DNA of 64,000 nucleotides from the human T2T-CHM13v2.0 reference genome, Homo sapiens: NCBI RefSeq assembly GCF_009914755.1, contig NC_060935.1. One strand, given 5' to 3'. The translations under genes and the position numbers were made by a program. Of this stretch, positions 1 to 12,347 are shown one piece after another (the first letter of the stretch is position 1; every line of letters begins with the position of its first letter). A model generated the notes under the pieces. The model searched no databases. It was not told where the DNA came from and saw nothing but the letters and a program-made list of their open reading frames with translations.

Positions 1-241
1 TGCTTCTCTGATGATGTTTCCTATCATTTCCTTTATATACCACATGCCCCAGCCATACCCAAATCCTGGTAGTTATTCATCCATGCCACACTGTTTTATG
101 CTTTGTATCACTTAAAATATATTATTTTGCTGGGAACCTCTTTCTTTCACTTCTAATTCCCTTTCAGCTTACAAGATGATGACCTGAAATCATGGAACAA
201 TGGGAGAGTGGCATAATTGAAGACTGCTCAGATGTTATTTC

Positions 242-559
242 ATTTTTTCTTTCTTTTTTTTTTTTTTTTGAGACAGAGTCTCGCTCTGTCACCAGGCTGC
301 AGTGCCATTGGAGTGCAATAGCATGATCTCAGCTCACTGCAATCTCTGCCTTCCAAGTCAAGCGATTCCTCTGCCTCAGCCTCCCGAGTAGCTGGGACTG
401 CAGGCACAAACCACCACGCCCAAATAACTGTTTTGTATTTCAGTAGAGATGGGGTTTCACCATGTTGGCCAGGCTGGTCTCGATCTCCTGACCTCGTGAT
501 CCACCCCCGTTGGCCTCCCAAAATGCTGGGATTACAGGCGTGAGCCACTGCGCCCATCC
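242..559 (-). mobile_element. Alu SINE, AluS (AluSc-like)
   Basis: T-rich tail, then reverse-complement Alu dimer ending cgcccatcc. Flanked by TSD ca(g/t)atgttatttc at 229-241 and 560-572. Confidence 0.95.
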
Positions 560-988
560 CATATGTTATTTCTTTAGACATGCCTTCCTTTTACTCACAG
601 TTTAAGAGGGTCTTATACTACCTGATATTTGTTGACATCAATAGTCTACTATAGTATAAAATAATATAATTATGTATCCCTTTCCCATTAGACAAGTGGT
701 TCTCAAGCCTAGCTTTACAATCTAGGGAGTTTTTAGAAAATGCTGATCCTTGCTCTCTATTTTCGACCACTTGCTATGTTTTGTTATAGAACAAATGTCA
801 GATATTTGGAGAGCCCATTCTTTTACTTCCTGTTTTTTTCAGCATGCATAGGGTGCTGTTAGTTGGCAATCTGACTCAACTAGTCTATGTACAGTTCTCA
901 ATTCATTTTGCCAAGTATGAATTCAGAGTCAACTTTTAATATCTGTAGCTGCCTTCTCCAAGCTTGGAACCTCTGTGGAGTTCTGTCT

Positions 989-1294
<306 letters not shown>

Positions 1295-3914
1295 CTTCCA
1301 CCTCTATAATGCTTGTGTGCTGTTGAACTGCAACTTTCTCCATTCTGGTTCATTTTTCAATGAAATACAAATTGCTTTTAGCCTCACAGAAATTATTCAA
1401 ATTCTCCTGCCTTGTGTTAGCTTACCCCTTCCTCTTATTGTTGGAGCTTCTATGTATTTCTTCTCTTCCGAGTATTTTAACTGTGGTTCCAATGGGATGT
1501 GGGAGGGAAGGAAGGAAGCATATTTACAGAGGCTGTGATTTTGTCTTCAATGGCAACTTTAGGTACCTTATTTTAACATTTTGTAGTACTAGAATTAGTC
1601 ACTATATCCGTTAGGCATGGGTTAAGCTGCAAGTAATAAAAAGTATTAGTTGATGGGTGAAATAAAGGTATAATTTTGAATATAGGAAATTTGAAAATAA
1701 GTAATCCTAGATGTCACACATTTCCCCTTGTGTCATAAAAGGCCTATCCTCAAGACATCTAATTTTATAAGATGCATTTACCCCTCCAAGAATCACATCT
1801 ATATTCTGGGCTGGAAGGAAAAGAAAAACAGAATAAAGGACACACAGCTATATCTCTGTCCCTTTTATTAGAAAAGTGATAGTTTGCCTGGAAGCCCCTT
1901 CATCATATTTACTATTGCATGTACCTCAGCATAAAGGGATACTGTAAAATTGACTATTGGACTTTCCAGCCTCTGAGTACAGAAAAGCAAAGGAGAAGGT
2001 AGTAAGAAATTAGTATTTGGTGCACCGGTTTATGAGTCTAATACAACTACTGACTGTTTCTTAGATTACAAGCAGTTAAAATGAAATTCTATAAAATAAG
2101 CATGTTTGTGTCTAGTTGAGAGAGAAGCTGGGAATTGATTCACTGGTTTGGAGGAAGGAGAGGTACATAGAGAAAAAGTCGAGTCGTAGCAGTGAGCCAG
2201 AAAGCAGTTAGATGAGTAAAAAGCGGAGCATAGGCAGCTCATCCCAGTCTTTAAAGCCTTCCCATGCTTTAACTTTGATAGTGGTAATGCAGGGTCCACA
2301 TACATGCACGTGTAATTACTCCTGAATTTATTTCTCTGTATCATTATTTTAAATTGTATTTAACTAAGAAGCTTTCCTTCAAGGAACTAAAAGTCTGAAG
2401 CTTCTACTTTTAGATTTTTGAAAAAACTCAGTAGTTATACCTCTTTAGTACTATCAAAGACCTTATTTTCAACAGACTACCAAAAAGACAACTTAATGAT
2501 GGCTTAAATTTACATTGTAAAAAGAAAGAAATGGTTTTCCCTTCTATGTGTCACAGAAAGGCTCATTTCTCATTATTTCAGCATGGACTTCTGCAGTTTC
2601 CTCAATGTAAACCCTAAATACAAACTAGAAAAGCTGAAGCTGGTCATCACAACCTTAAGAGGTGTCCTGGAGTTCCCTCTTGTTACACTGTTATAGTAAA
2701 CACACTGTCAGCAGTGACAATAAAGTGGCAAAATACTCATGACATGATTGTGTGTCACTTACGAATAGTCAACTAAAGTGGGAACTCAGCATAGAAAGTG
2801 TGAAGTTGTTTTTCTCATAAAGACCAAACTAGAACATGTACTGAGGGCAAAGGCATAAACCTTCAACTCATAAAAGTATGTTGCTGTTGAAGGTTCTGAT
2901 CCAACATGTCTCTGGAACTTGAACAGTTATCTTTTTGTCCCACTCACTCAATATTATCTAGTCAACAGTTCTACTCTCAGTAGGGCTCTCTCACTGAAGT
3001 CCCTTTTCCCTGCCAATCAATCTCCAGTTTCCATCTCACTTCTTTATCAACATCTCCACCATACCAAATCTATTCCTCCACACTAAAAGCCCCATTGATT
3101 CACAGTTATATATTAGGAAATGTCTTTGAAACGTTGGCTGAAACCATTAGCAACAAATAAACTGGTCTACCCTCAAGGTCATTAAATTCAATTTCTAGAG
3201 GGATTAGCTTATTTCAAATTTGAGTTAGATTTCCCTAGTCCATAAAAAGATCTACAAGCTCCTTTTATTGCATTTAAGGAAAAATCAAAACAAACAACAA
3301 AACAAAACAAATATTTTGAATTTTCAGGTTAAAGTAATTATCCACCATGAGCAAGGTCACAGTTATTGACATCTTCTATCTGTAGACATCTGATTGAATT
3401 TTATTCCTGAGCTAAGGTACTGAATGATCTTTCCACAAGTCAGGTGGGCTCTCTGGACCTTCCTTGGTTTCCTTCATTGGAAATGTGAGACTGGAAACAG
3501 GGCTGATTACTGAAAATCATAATTTGAATATATCTTTTATTAATGACCCATTTTTGCAAACTGTAAATTTTAGAATGACTTTCTTATGCTTTTAGTGAAA
3601 AAATCTATGAAGAAAATATAGGAAATATTCATTCTCACCACTTAGAATGTAAATTAGTAATATTAATCTATTTCTTTTTATGTAAATTTTTAAAACATAA
3701 GTATAAATCAAGACTTCATTACCCATATTTCCTTAGTAATATACACATTTCCTCTCTTTAAAGGGTAATAGAGCTCTATTTCATGAGCTTTAGCTATCTT
3801 CCATTCCTAAGCTTAGAGTATCTTTACTGTGTTAGTTTGCAAATTAAAAGGCAAAAAAAATTAGTCTTGTTTTCACTTTCTCTCAAAAATTACTATTAGA
3901 GTATATGTAGTAAC

Positions 3915-4130
3915 TGTTTTGGCTTTGGAGTCAAATGTTTATTGATATAATGCCTGACTCTATTACAAACTACTTCTGACAACTCAAATAAATTCATCTT
4001 ACTGCTCTTGGCTTAGTTTCCTTATCTGTGAAAATAACTTAAGTAATAACCATAATTATTTCATAAAATTATTTTTATTTAAATAAATTGGAAAATGTGC
4101 TTATACCAATGGCTAAATAAATGTGCTTGA
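3915..4130 (+). mobile_element. MIR SINE relic
   Basis: ggctttggagtca...cttagtttccttatctgtgaaaat resembles the MIR core. Boundaries approximate. Confidence 0.65.
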
Positions 4131-4142
4131 GTGTGCATTAGT

Positions 4143-4156
4143 ACACACACACACAG

Positions 4157-4185
<29 letters not shown>
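4143..4185. repeat. (CA)n microsatellite
   Basis: About 21 CA units with one interruption. Confidence 0.95.
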
Positions 4186-4189
<4 letters not shown>

Positions 4190-5034
4190 CTGTGATGTTC
4201 TGTTTGTATTCTCCTTGATGCAAAGCCCAACAAGGAAGAAATTCATTCAACTGTGTGGATGGTGTGATCTTATAATGTTTAGAAATACATACCCAGATTC
4301 TAGATAATGTTCTGATTTTTCTCTGGCTTATTTATGATGACACCATGGAGATCTAGATTTTCCCTAGTTTCACCATCTTATTTTATTCTCAGGTAATATA
4401 TAGCTGGTGCTCAATAAATTCATGTTGTACTGAATTGAATCGGTCAAGGGGTTTAAATGACCATATTTCAGAGAGGCTTATCTAATATTTTTAAAAGCCG
4501 GAGTATGTAACATAATGTTTGAAAACTTTTCCCACAGTGGACTATTGAGAACCTAAAAAATCCTTCTTCCTACTACATTTGCATTTCAAACACACACATA
4601 TCAAATAGCAACTACCAGAAACTGGAGTGTTTATAACTAACTCGAAGGCTGCATAAATGAAGAGGGTGCACTAACAAGAAATGAATATAAACTAAATCTT
4701 TGGCATTAACTTACATGGAGACTTTCATTCCTAGAAATTCAAGTATCAAAGCAGATAGATCTTGTAATTGTTATTGTGGTTTGGCATAAATGGAACCTTT
4801 AAGAGAAACAATAAATTAGGAATACTTATATTTTTATTCTTTTCTTATATATTTATTTTGAAAGTTAGAAGCCCCCAATATTGTCACCTTTAGGAATACT
4901 AATAAAGTAATATGATGAAACTGAAATATTCGTGCTTATTATGAACATGTAATATTCTTAGACATCATCTAGCCTAATACTGCGATGACTAGCTAGAACC
5001 TTGAGAGGTTATGGAGCACCCAGTCAGTCCAAGT

Positions 5035-5118
5035 TGATACATGGAAACTCTTTGTACTATCTTTGCAATTTCTCTGTAAATAAAACACTGTTCTAAAATG
5101 GAAAGTTTATTTTAAAAA
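5035..5118 (+). mobile_element. Old L1M 3' terminal fragment
   Basis: ggaaactctttgtactatctttgcaatttctctgtaaat...aaagtttattttaaaa is a typical L1MB/MC/MD 3' end. Confidence 0.6.
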
Positions 5119-5899
5119 GTAAATATACCAAAAGTTATATGTTCAGTTGCTATAAGTACAAAATATTCTATCAACATTCTTTCTCATTTTAAAGACAGTA
5201 TACAATTAGCACTTTTATCTACAATTTATAGAGTTAGTATTTCTCTGGGCACAGCTCTGCATTTGTTATACCAAATTTTGTTTACAGATCATCTACATTT
5301 AAATATAAATCTCTTACAATATTGAACATTCTATCAAGATGAGTTGAAAGGATATACAATAAATATACATAAATAATACAACCATTAAAATGAAAGCAAA
5401 ATATCAAGACTGTACAGAAAGGATATGAAAGAGAAATATAGTGTTTAAAGGGCAGAAGAAAGCAATGTCCCTAGTACTAACAGTAATGAAAGTATGCACT
5501 TAGGAGTGTTGCTAATATTACCTTAAAATTTCCCTTGACTGCTAGATTATTTGTAACTCATATTAATATAGTAAACACTTTTTTAATATATCAGTTGTCA
5601 CTGTTTTCAAAGTTGTGGACTTGAACAGATGGAAAATATTAAATACTGTGGGTGGCTTACTCGGCTTGGCATCGGAAATTGAATTCTATAATGTGAAAAA
5701 AAATTCTGTTGAATTTAATTTTACCTATTCTACCAACACCCCCACCAACCTGCTACTCTGCCCAGAAGGGGATAGCCTGACAACTCAAGGCTCTTATACA
5801 TACATTTGTCACATAATTTCTTTCACTTTCCAATTCCACAGTCCCTCAAAATAAAATTAAAAGTGAAGCAAGTGGGTGGTTTCACAATCTTCTCATTCA

Positions 5900-6132
5900 A
5901 ACATTGAAACCAATATCAAATTATTAACTTATGGAAAAGAACAAATAAAAGAAGGGAATCCCATCTCATTAAAAATGAAAGAGTCTTGTATGTGGGGAAG
6001 ACTAGGATAGAGTCTACATATGAAATCAGTTTGAAAAGAGAAGTGCTTCTTGGTGTCACCATTGTTCAATTCGCAGACCATCTTTAATGTAACGGTATCC
6101 TGATTTCTCAGTGCCTTTGGGCCAGCAGTATC
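5900..6132 (-). other. Candidate terminal exon of a putative minus-strand transcript (3' end undefined)
   Basis: Strong minus-strand acceptor ttattttttttcttgttctcaaaattttgttttcctgtcag|GATACTG, in non-repeat sequence. Confidence 0.3.
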
Positions 6133-6186
6133 CTGACAGGAAAACAAAATTTTGAGAACAAGAAAAAAATAAGACAATGCTATGTA

Positions 6187-6373
6187 TGGCATCAGACAAA
6201 AACCAGGCTTAATTTCCAACCCTGTCTCTTACCAGCTGTGTACATTTGGGTAAATTACTTCATTTCTCTGAGCTTTACATTCCTAATAGGTAAAATGGGA
6301 ATAATAATATAAACCACATTGAAATTGTATAAGAACTAAATTAGATATTATAAGTTAAATGCTTAGCACTATG
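6187..6373 (+). mobile_element. MIR SINE
   Basis: cttaccagctgtg...ttgggtaaattactt...ctctgagcttt...taaaatgggaataata matches the MIR core. Confidence 0.8.
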
Positions 6374-6704
6374 TTAAAAGTTCAGCTTGAGTTGCCTAAC
6401 CAGAGATGTGGTCCACACACCTATAGGCAAGCACTTTGTGATTCATTTGTTTTTGTATTTAGTTTCCTGGCACAAAAACTGGAGTTCTTTGTTGTGATAT
6501 AGTATCTCCTGATGGCATTCTCTGCAACACTTATATCCCAGATCTTATAAAAGTCAGTGTTTTATTAGTAAATTAAAATACTCCTGAGAAGAAACCCTTT
6601 GAAATATCATTTAATATTGATTGTGTTAATGTAGTTTTCTCTGGTTTCTGGGAATTCCATTCGTGGGAATGTAATAGGTGGTTCAGCTCACCTAGTACAA
6701 GCTG

Positions 6705-7192
6705 TGATTGTTGGGTGTGGTAGCCTGGCTCACAGTATCCATCTCCATCTAGGTGCCTTTTTGTATTTCTAAGTCTGGAAATGTAAATGCTAACTTTCTA
6801 AGTTTCTCTTGTAGTTATGATTCTGGATAGAGATTGCATTCTACTAATTGGATATGTTTGCATGAAATCTGGAAGGTTGTTAATGAAAAGAAACCTGTTT
6901 TTCTTCAGTTATAACTCTAAAAGCAAAATCAGTGAGACTTAAGTCTTGAGAGTCAGTTTTAGCACCTAGGATTGAAGTTTGCTTCACGGGTGTTGAGTGC
7001 TGACGGTAGTGGTGGCTCTGGATACATGATAATTCACATATACTTGAATTCAATACTCCTGTAGCTATTCCTGAACTCCCTGTCCTCCAGCATTTCCAAT
7101 AATTTTGTAAACACCCAATTCTCTTTACAAAATCCCTTTCTGTGGGAGCTAACTAGACTTCTTTCTGTTTCCTGCACTGCACTCTGACTGAT
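6705..7192 (+). mobile_element. ERVL solo LTR (LTR33-like)
   Basis: Degenerate LTR33-type motifs and terminus tttctgtttcctgcactgcactctgactgata. Confidence 0.55.
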
Positions 7193-7368
7193 AAACTATA
7201 ACCTTCAGAAAGACTTTGTTTTGATTTCTTAATTTCCTAGATGGGAATAAGAGCAGGAAAACGAAAACTAGATAATTTTTAGGGTCTAGTCAAGCATTAA
7301 AACTGCTACTACCTCAGTGACCATTGCCATTCTAGAAGAAGGATATCCATTTCAATTTGAGGTTCATT

Positions 7369-7928
7369 TGTGCTATATATTTTCTGTTTTCCCCTCCAGA
7401 TCCATTCCTCACCTTTTATTATCCTACTCTGTGTCACAAGAGGCTCAACTTTATACCTTTATGAACTACATCCACAGACTCCACATTGTCTGGCTACTGG
7501 TTGGGCTTAGCCAATGAAAGGCACTAGCAAAATACTGAATAGTGAGGGGAAGGGGGTGAGGCTGGAATGCCTGTTTTTTTTTTGGCTTCCTCTCTTCCGA
7601 GTGGCCTTGGGTTGACAGTGTCCCTCAAGTGAGAACCATTGTTTCTGTAGTCAGTCCTCTTCTCAACTACCACCATTTGAACCAGGTTCTAGTAACTATT
7701 TCCCTTCATAATTTAGGCCTGAATGTACGTTCTTTGTTGCATCTAAGCTTGGAGTACTACACAATTTGTTGCTAATTTTTCTTAACCCTTTTTAAATAGT
7801 CCTTTTTAAATAGTCCTTTTATTAAACTTTTTAAATAGTTTTTAAATAGTCCTTTTAAAATAGTCCTTTTATTAAACTATCCTCAATATTAGTATGCCGT
7901 CTATGTCCTATGGGACTTTTACTAATAC
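7369..7928 (+). mobile_element. ERVL solo LTR (LTR33A/LTR41-like)
   Basis: tg...cccctccagatccatt...ggttgggcttagccaatg...actaataca, with TG..CA ends. Confidence 0.6.
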
Positions 7929-8571
7929 AAATGAGAAAGTAAATGAATACTGTGACTGTAAAAGTAAAATCAAAACAAAACAAAAAAATAAACCTCCCAC
8001 AAAACTCTGACATAGGGTACCACATTAAACCTTGGGAATATCATATTTTATATCATAATACAATCTGGCTGTATTTTCCTCATTTCACCCACATACCCAG
8101 CTATCACATCCCTACCCATAGTCGTTCTATGCTTTACTGAATTAATCTTCTTAGATTATTTTTGTGTACTGTCAACTTTATTTCAAATTTCAGGAGCTCC
8201 TTACTGCTTCAGAATCATGTAAACCTTTTAACTTGGTATTTCAAGTTATCTGTGCTCCTCTGGAATACATTCTTATCCTTATGTTTTATGCCATTCTATC
8301 ATTGAAGAACCTTCTGTGATTTTTGTGCCCCTGAGCCTTGATCATTCTGTTTTCCTTCTCTACAATGACCACCTTGCCTTGCCTTTCAAAATTCAATTCA
8401 GTTACCAAGGGCTAGCTCAAGTCCTGTCAACTTCTTGTTTACTATCATGAGCAGTGTAATTTCTTTCTCAACTAGTATCAGTATATTGGAAACGAGAATG
8501 TATGATGTATTTTGTATTATCGAATTGTATTCTAAGTTGATTTTTCTTTTGTCTCTTTATAATAATGAAAA

Positions 8572-8990
8572 TAATAGTTAACATTTATTGAATGTTTACT
8601 GCATATTGAACATTGTCCTAAACACATCACATACAAATGTTACAATAACTCCATGAAGTAATTACCAAAATCTCTTTTGCTAGCTCTTGCTAGCTGTGAT
8701 ATGTGTTGGTTAATTAATCAGTTTTCACCTCAGTTTTCTTATTGTAAAATGAGCATTAATGATCATTCTAACCACACAGACTGTTGCGAGAATTAAATGA
8801 GTTAATATATAAAAATATTTAGATCAAAAGCTAATACATTGTGAGCACTCTACAAATACAGTAATTATTAAATTATTATTATTACTGTATTCTGTTTTAC
8901 AGAGGAGAAAACTAAAACATAAAGACATTAATTATAAGCTGTAGAGCAGAAATATGAGCCTCGTAGAGTAGTTAAGAGTAGATTCTGCAC
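8572..8990. mobile_element. Minus-strand MIR interrupted by a plus-strand MIR (~8685-8883)
   Basis: The (-) MIR 3' part aacatttattga resumes as ttttacagaggagaaaact after an opposite-sense core cctcagttttcttattgtaaaatgag. Confidence 0.65.
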
Positions 8991-9844
8991 TCTTAAACTA
9001 CTCAATTCAGCCACTAGATTATATGTGGTTTGAGAATTTGTCTTGTTCTTGTTCTTATACAGAGGGCAACACAGAGTAAAATCTTTTAAGAACTAATTGT
9101 CAGAAAATCTGGCCTCTACTGGAAAATCTTGTATGTTTTCTTTAGTCAGGTCATGGAAATGACATTATCATTTGTTACAGTCTTTACCTTAGACGTGTCA
9201 GAAAGACCAGAATAAAATGTAATGTTCAAAAACAATAGTTAACATTTGCTAGGATATTGGTACAAATTATTCCTCTTCTTTCAATATAATTTGGATAATA
9301 TATTTCTATTTTATTAAGGAAGTAGGATACGTGTATTACTGCAAAATAAATTTTGGACCTAGATGAATGAAATTTACAAGTAGGTAATTTATAAATAAGT
9401 ATTTTACCTCTATAATATCATATTGCCTAATCCAGTGTATTTTCTGTAGCTGACATACAATATATATTGTTTGATTAGGTCAACCAAATATTTGGTTTTA
9501 CTAATAAAATCAGTAATTACTGATGCACAAAAAAAAACTTAGCATCAAATGCAGCTAATTAAAATTCAACCAGATTTCTTGGATTTTTAAATGAGAAAAG
9601 TCTCAGGGAGTTAAATGAACTTCCTGTAGAAATGTAAAATTTCAATTCACATTTCATTCGGTATCTCTTTCAAATTTTCCTGCCAAAACTATTGTATTAT
9701 GCTACAATTATGCAGAGGTGCTATTTTACACTTGGATTATTATTTCAGAAGCTCTGCTTCCGATGTCTAATAAGGTTTCCACATATAACTCCCACACCCC
9801 AGAGCTACCTTCAAAGGTCATTTTTCTATCCCGTTCTTTGCCAA

Positions 9845-10055
9845 CATAATTGCACCTGCCAGGTGAACTGCAAAACAAGTCCCAGGCGCACACGGTGAGT
9901 CAGTCGCTGTCATCCAAGCTGCTTTCCTGTTTATGCTCATCCCGAGCATTATGGGCTGGGAAGGCTCTGGGGCCATTTGTAGCTTCTCTTTTTGATAGCC
10001 AGAATTTTCCATACATTGGCTCTCAATTCCCAATCTCCCTTAACAGGAAGTCGAA
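9845..10055. promoter_or_regulatory. Candidate enhancer motif cluster
   Basis: Non-repeat DNA with several CpGs retained. Inverted E-boxes CACCTG/CAGGTG (9853-9865), AP-1 TGAGTCA (9896-9902), ETS ttcctg (~9924) and acaggaagt (~10043). Confidence 0.4.
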
Positions 10056-10283
10056 ACAGACTTGATATCAAAGAGGAGAGTTTAAGATGAGCTCAAACAA
10101 AGGGTAGAAAAAGAGAGAGAGAGACCCCTAACGTTTTCAAAACAATCCAATTTGAAGAGGGAAATATGTCATGTTCCTGAAATGGTTTAAAAAGGCATGC
10201 AGCTGACTGGCAAATCTTTTGCTCGCGTTTCTCTGTCATATTTACCTTTCTTGTAATCTCCCAGGGCCTCTTTCAGTTGAAAT

Positions 10284-10338
10284 TCACAGCATTTCCTTAT
10301 TGCTAGTTGCAAGTCTCATAGCAAAGTCAAGTATTTCT
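10284..10338 (-). CDS. Candidate coding exon 5 of the putative minus-strand ORF (exon 10246-10338, stop 10284-10286)
   Basis: Acceptor ctaagcacatctatttgttcacag, donor AAG|gtaaat. Reads (R)EILDFAMRLATSNKEML*. Confidence 0.25.
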
Positions 10339-10806
10339 CTGTGAACAAATAGATGTGCTTAGTATTCTCCCATCTATCTTTTCAATTGGGGAAATAAGTG
10401 AATATTTTCAAAATCCTATCCTATCGTTGCACTATGTTTTAGTGATATGACCTCCTAACAAGTATCCTAAAAATAAAGAATGATGTAAAAGGTATAATTC
10501 TATAGCCAACAATACCACCTGTTTGCAGTCAACAATTATGTTTTTAAAAATATGAGGTATTTCTAAAGCCTTGAAAACATGAACATAAATAAGATATTTC
10601 TTGTGAAATAGAGTTGTTTTTTTTTGTTTAAATCTTGGAACTGAGAGTAGATTATTCAAATACAGAGTAATATTCAGTAGAGCATTAACTGCTATAATAA
10701 TTCAGATGCTTTCTTTTCATAGCATTCAACGTAGTGCTTTCAGTATTTTTTTAAATCCCACTGGGGAAAGGTTTCAGGTAAAATGACCCTATGAATGTTT
10801 AAAGAG

Positions 10807-11000
10807 TGCTGGGTACTATGCTGAACTCCTCAGCTCCCCTGGCGTAATTCCCCTGAGATAGGTATTCGTATTCTCAATTTATATGTGAAAAATACATTCA
10901 GTGGTATTTTCTGCATAAATGATACAGCTAAAAAGAAATTAGTGTATACTATACCTCAGATAAGTCTGACTTTAAACCTTGTGCCCTTTTCTTTATGCCA
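10807..11000 (-). mobile_element. MIR relic
   Basis: tgctgggtactatgctgaac...ccctgagataggtattcgtattctcaattt resembles a reverse MIR. Confidence 0.55.
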
Positions 11001-11297
11001 GAGCTACCTAACAGAAAACATTGTATCATTAAAATACTATATAGTATCACTATAATAATTCTATCATATATTATTGGACATTATAATAATTTGATATGAT
11101 AATCACAATAGCAATATAACGACTCTAAAGAAGGCCATGACTAGCCAGGAGAAACATTTAGAAATGAAGCCTAGCTGATAAGAAGCCAAATCAGGGCATC
11201 CTGGGGATGACTATACAAATAACATAGGAAGACAAATGCTTCCATAGATAGCAGCAAATTTCAAGGGTAAGGCAAGCAATGGAGGAGACTTGCCTAC

Positions 11298-11357
11298 CTG
11301 GAGAACTCATTTGGGACAGAAAGTAGCATGAGGTAGGGGTCTTTCAGAAATCCATTT
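11298..11357 (-). CDS. Candidate coding exon 4 (60 nt, phase 2-2)
   Basis: Acceptor gtgacattcctatgcag, donor CAG|gtaggc. The only open frame is NGFLKDPYLMLLSVPNEFS. Confidence 0.25.
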
Positions 11358-11613
11358 CTGCATAGGAATGTCACTTTAATTACTTTTTGGAACCTGATGA
11401 TATGGTGAGCTCCTTGTTTAAACGTCAGGATGAACACTTCATAGGTCGAATTATCACAAGTCACTGACTGATCAGATGATCACAGATCGACTTTTGAAAC
11501 TACAATAGTTTGGATACTCCATTGCTGGAGTCCCTGAAGGGGTCTTAATACCCCATTGGCTACTTTTTCTTCTAGTTCGATTTGGTTTCCAAGCCCAGTC
11601 TTAGCCCTTTCAC

Positions 11614-11654
11614 AATAAATAAATAAATAAAATAAATAAACAAATAAATAAAAT
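11614..11654. repeat. (AAAT)n simple repeat
   Basis: Direct inspection. Confidence 0.9.
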
Positions 11655-11834
11655 CACTAGATAATTTTTCCTTCTCTCTTCTCATCCACATTTTAAAAAT
11701 ACAAATAAGTAAACAAAAAGGATTAGTATGTATTTAAAACTAACTGTAAACAAGAAGAGACGGTAATGTCATTGGGGGAGAGATTCATTACTCATAATTT
11801 ATAACCCTTTCAATCATATTCCGACTTATAGTCT

Positions 11835-12200
11835 CTACCCCATTCAAGCCATTCTCTATGCTGCCTTAACTATGATCCTTATAAAATGAAAATATTATAT
11901 TAACTCTATGCTTAGAATCCTTCAAATTGCTCTGCCTCATATCAGAATAAATTACGAATCTTTTAAGATTGCAGGCGAATCCTTTTATAACTTGGACCCT
12001 GTTTTCCTCTCCAACTTCATTGCTTTTTTTTTTACATTTTAGCAATGCTAGAATATATGTGGCTCCCTGAAGATGCCAGCCATTCTGTTTTATTCACTGC
12101 AAGCATTTGCATTTGCTACTTCTTTGGTTTCTAATGCTTTTCATCTCTCTTGTCCAACATATGAACCTTTTTAGAGTAAATCATTTTTTCTATGCTCTTT
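11835..12200 (+). mobile_element. L2 LINE relic
   Basis: ccattctctatgctgcc...cttagaatccttcaa...agaataaa resembles the L2 3' region. Confidence 0.6.
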
Positions 12201-12240
12201 CTGTAGCTTCTGCAAAATTATTGTTGCATTTATTATACTA

Positions 12241-12347
12241 TAGATAGATAATATATAGATAGACCGATGGATGAGAAGATGGTTTATTACAGGAATTGGC
12301 TCATGCAATTAGGGAGGTTGAGAAATCCCACAATATGACATCTGCAA
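12241..12347 (-). mobile_element. MLT2 LTR fragment
   Basis: tttattacaggaattggctcatgcaatt...gagaaatcccacaatatgacatctgcaa. Confidence 0.7.

Noticed and set aside
295-320. Small internal duplication in the first Alu at the same ctggagtg site duplicated in the 35.1-kb Alu
   Set aside because: The inserted sequences differ, so these are independent slippage events with no evidence of a link.
240-581. 113-aa ORF and other Alu-overlapping ORFs (887, 1159, 34493, 35194, 46380-46971, 48345)
   Set aside because: Standard Alu translations, not genes.
5929-6219. 96-aa minus-strand ORF as a single-exon gene
   Set aside because: Non-ATG start inside a MIR, and it runs through a polypyrimidine tract. 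The splice model explains the region better.
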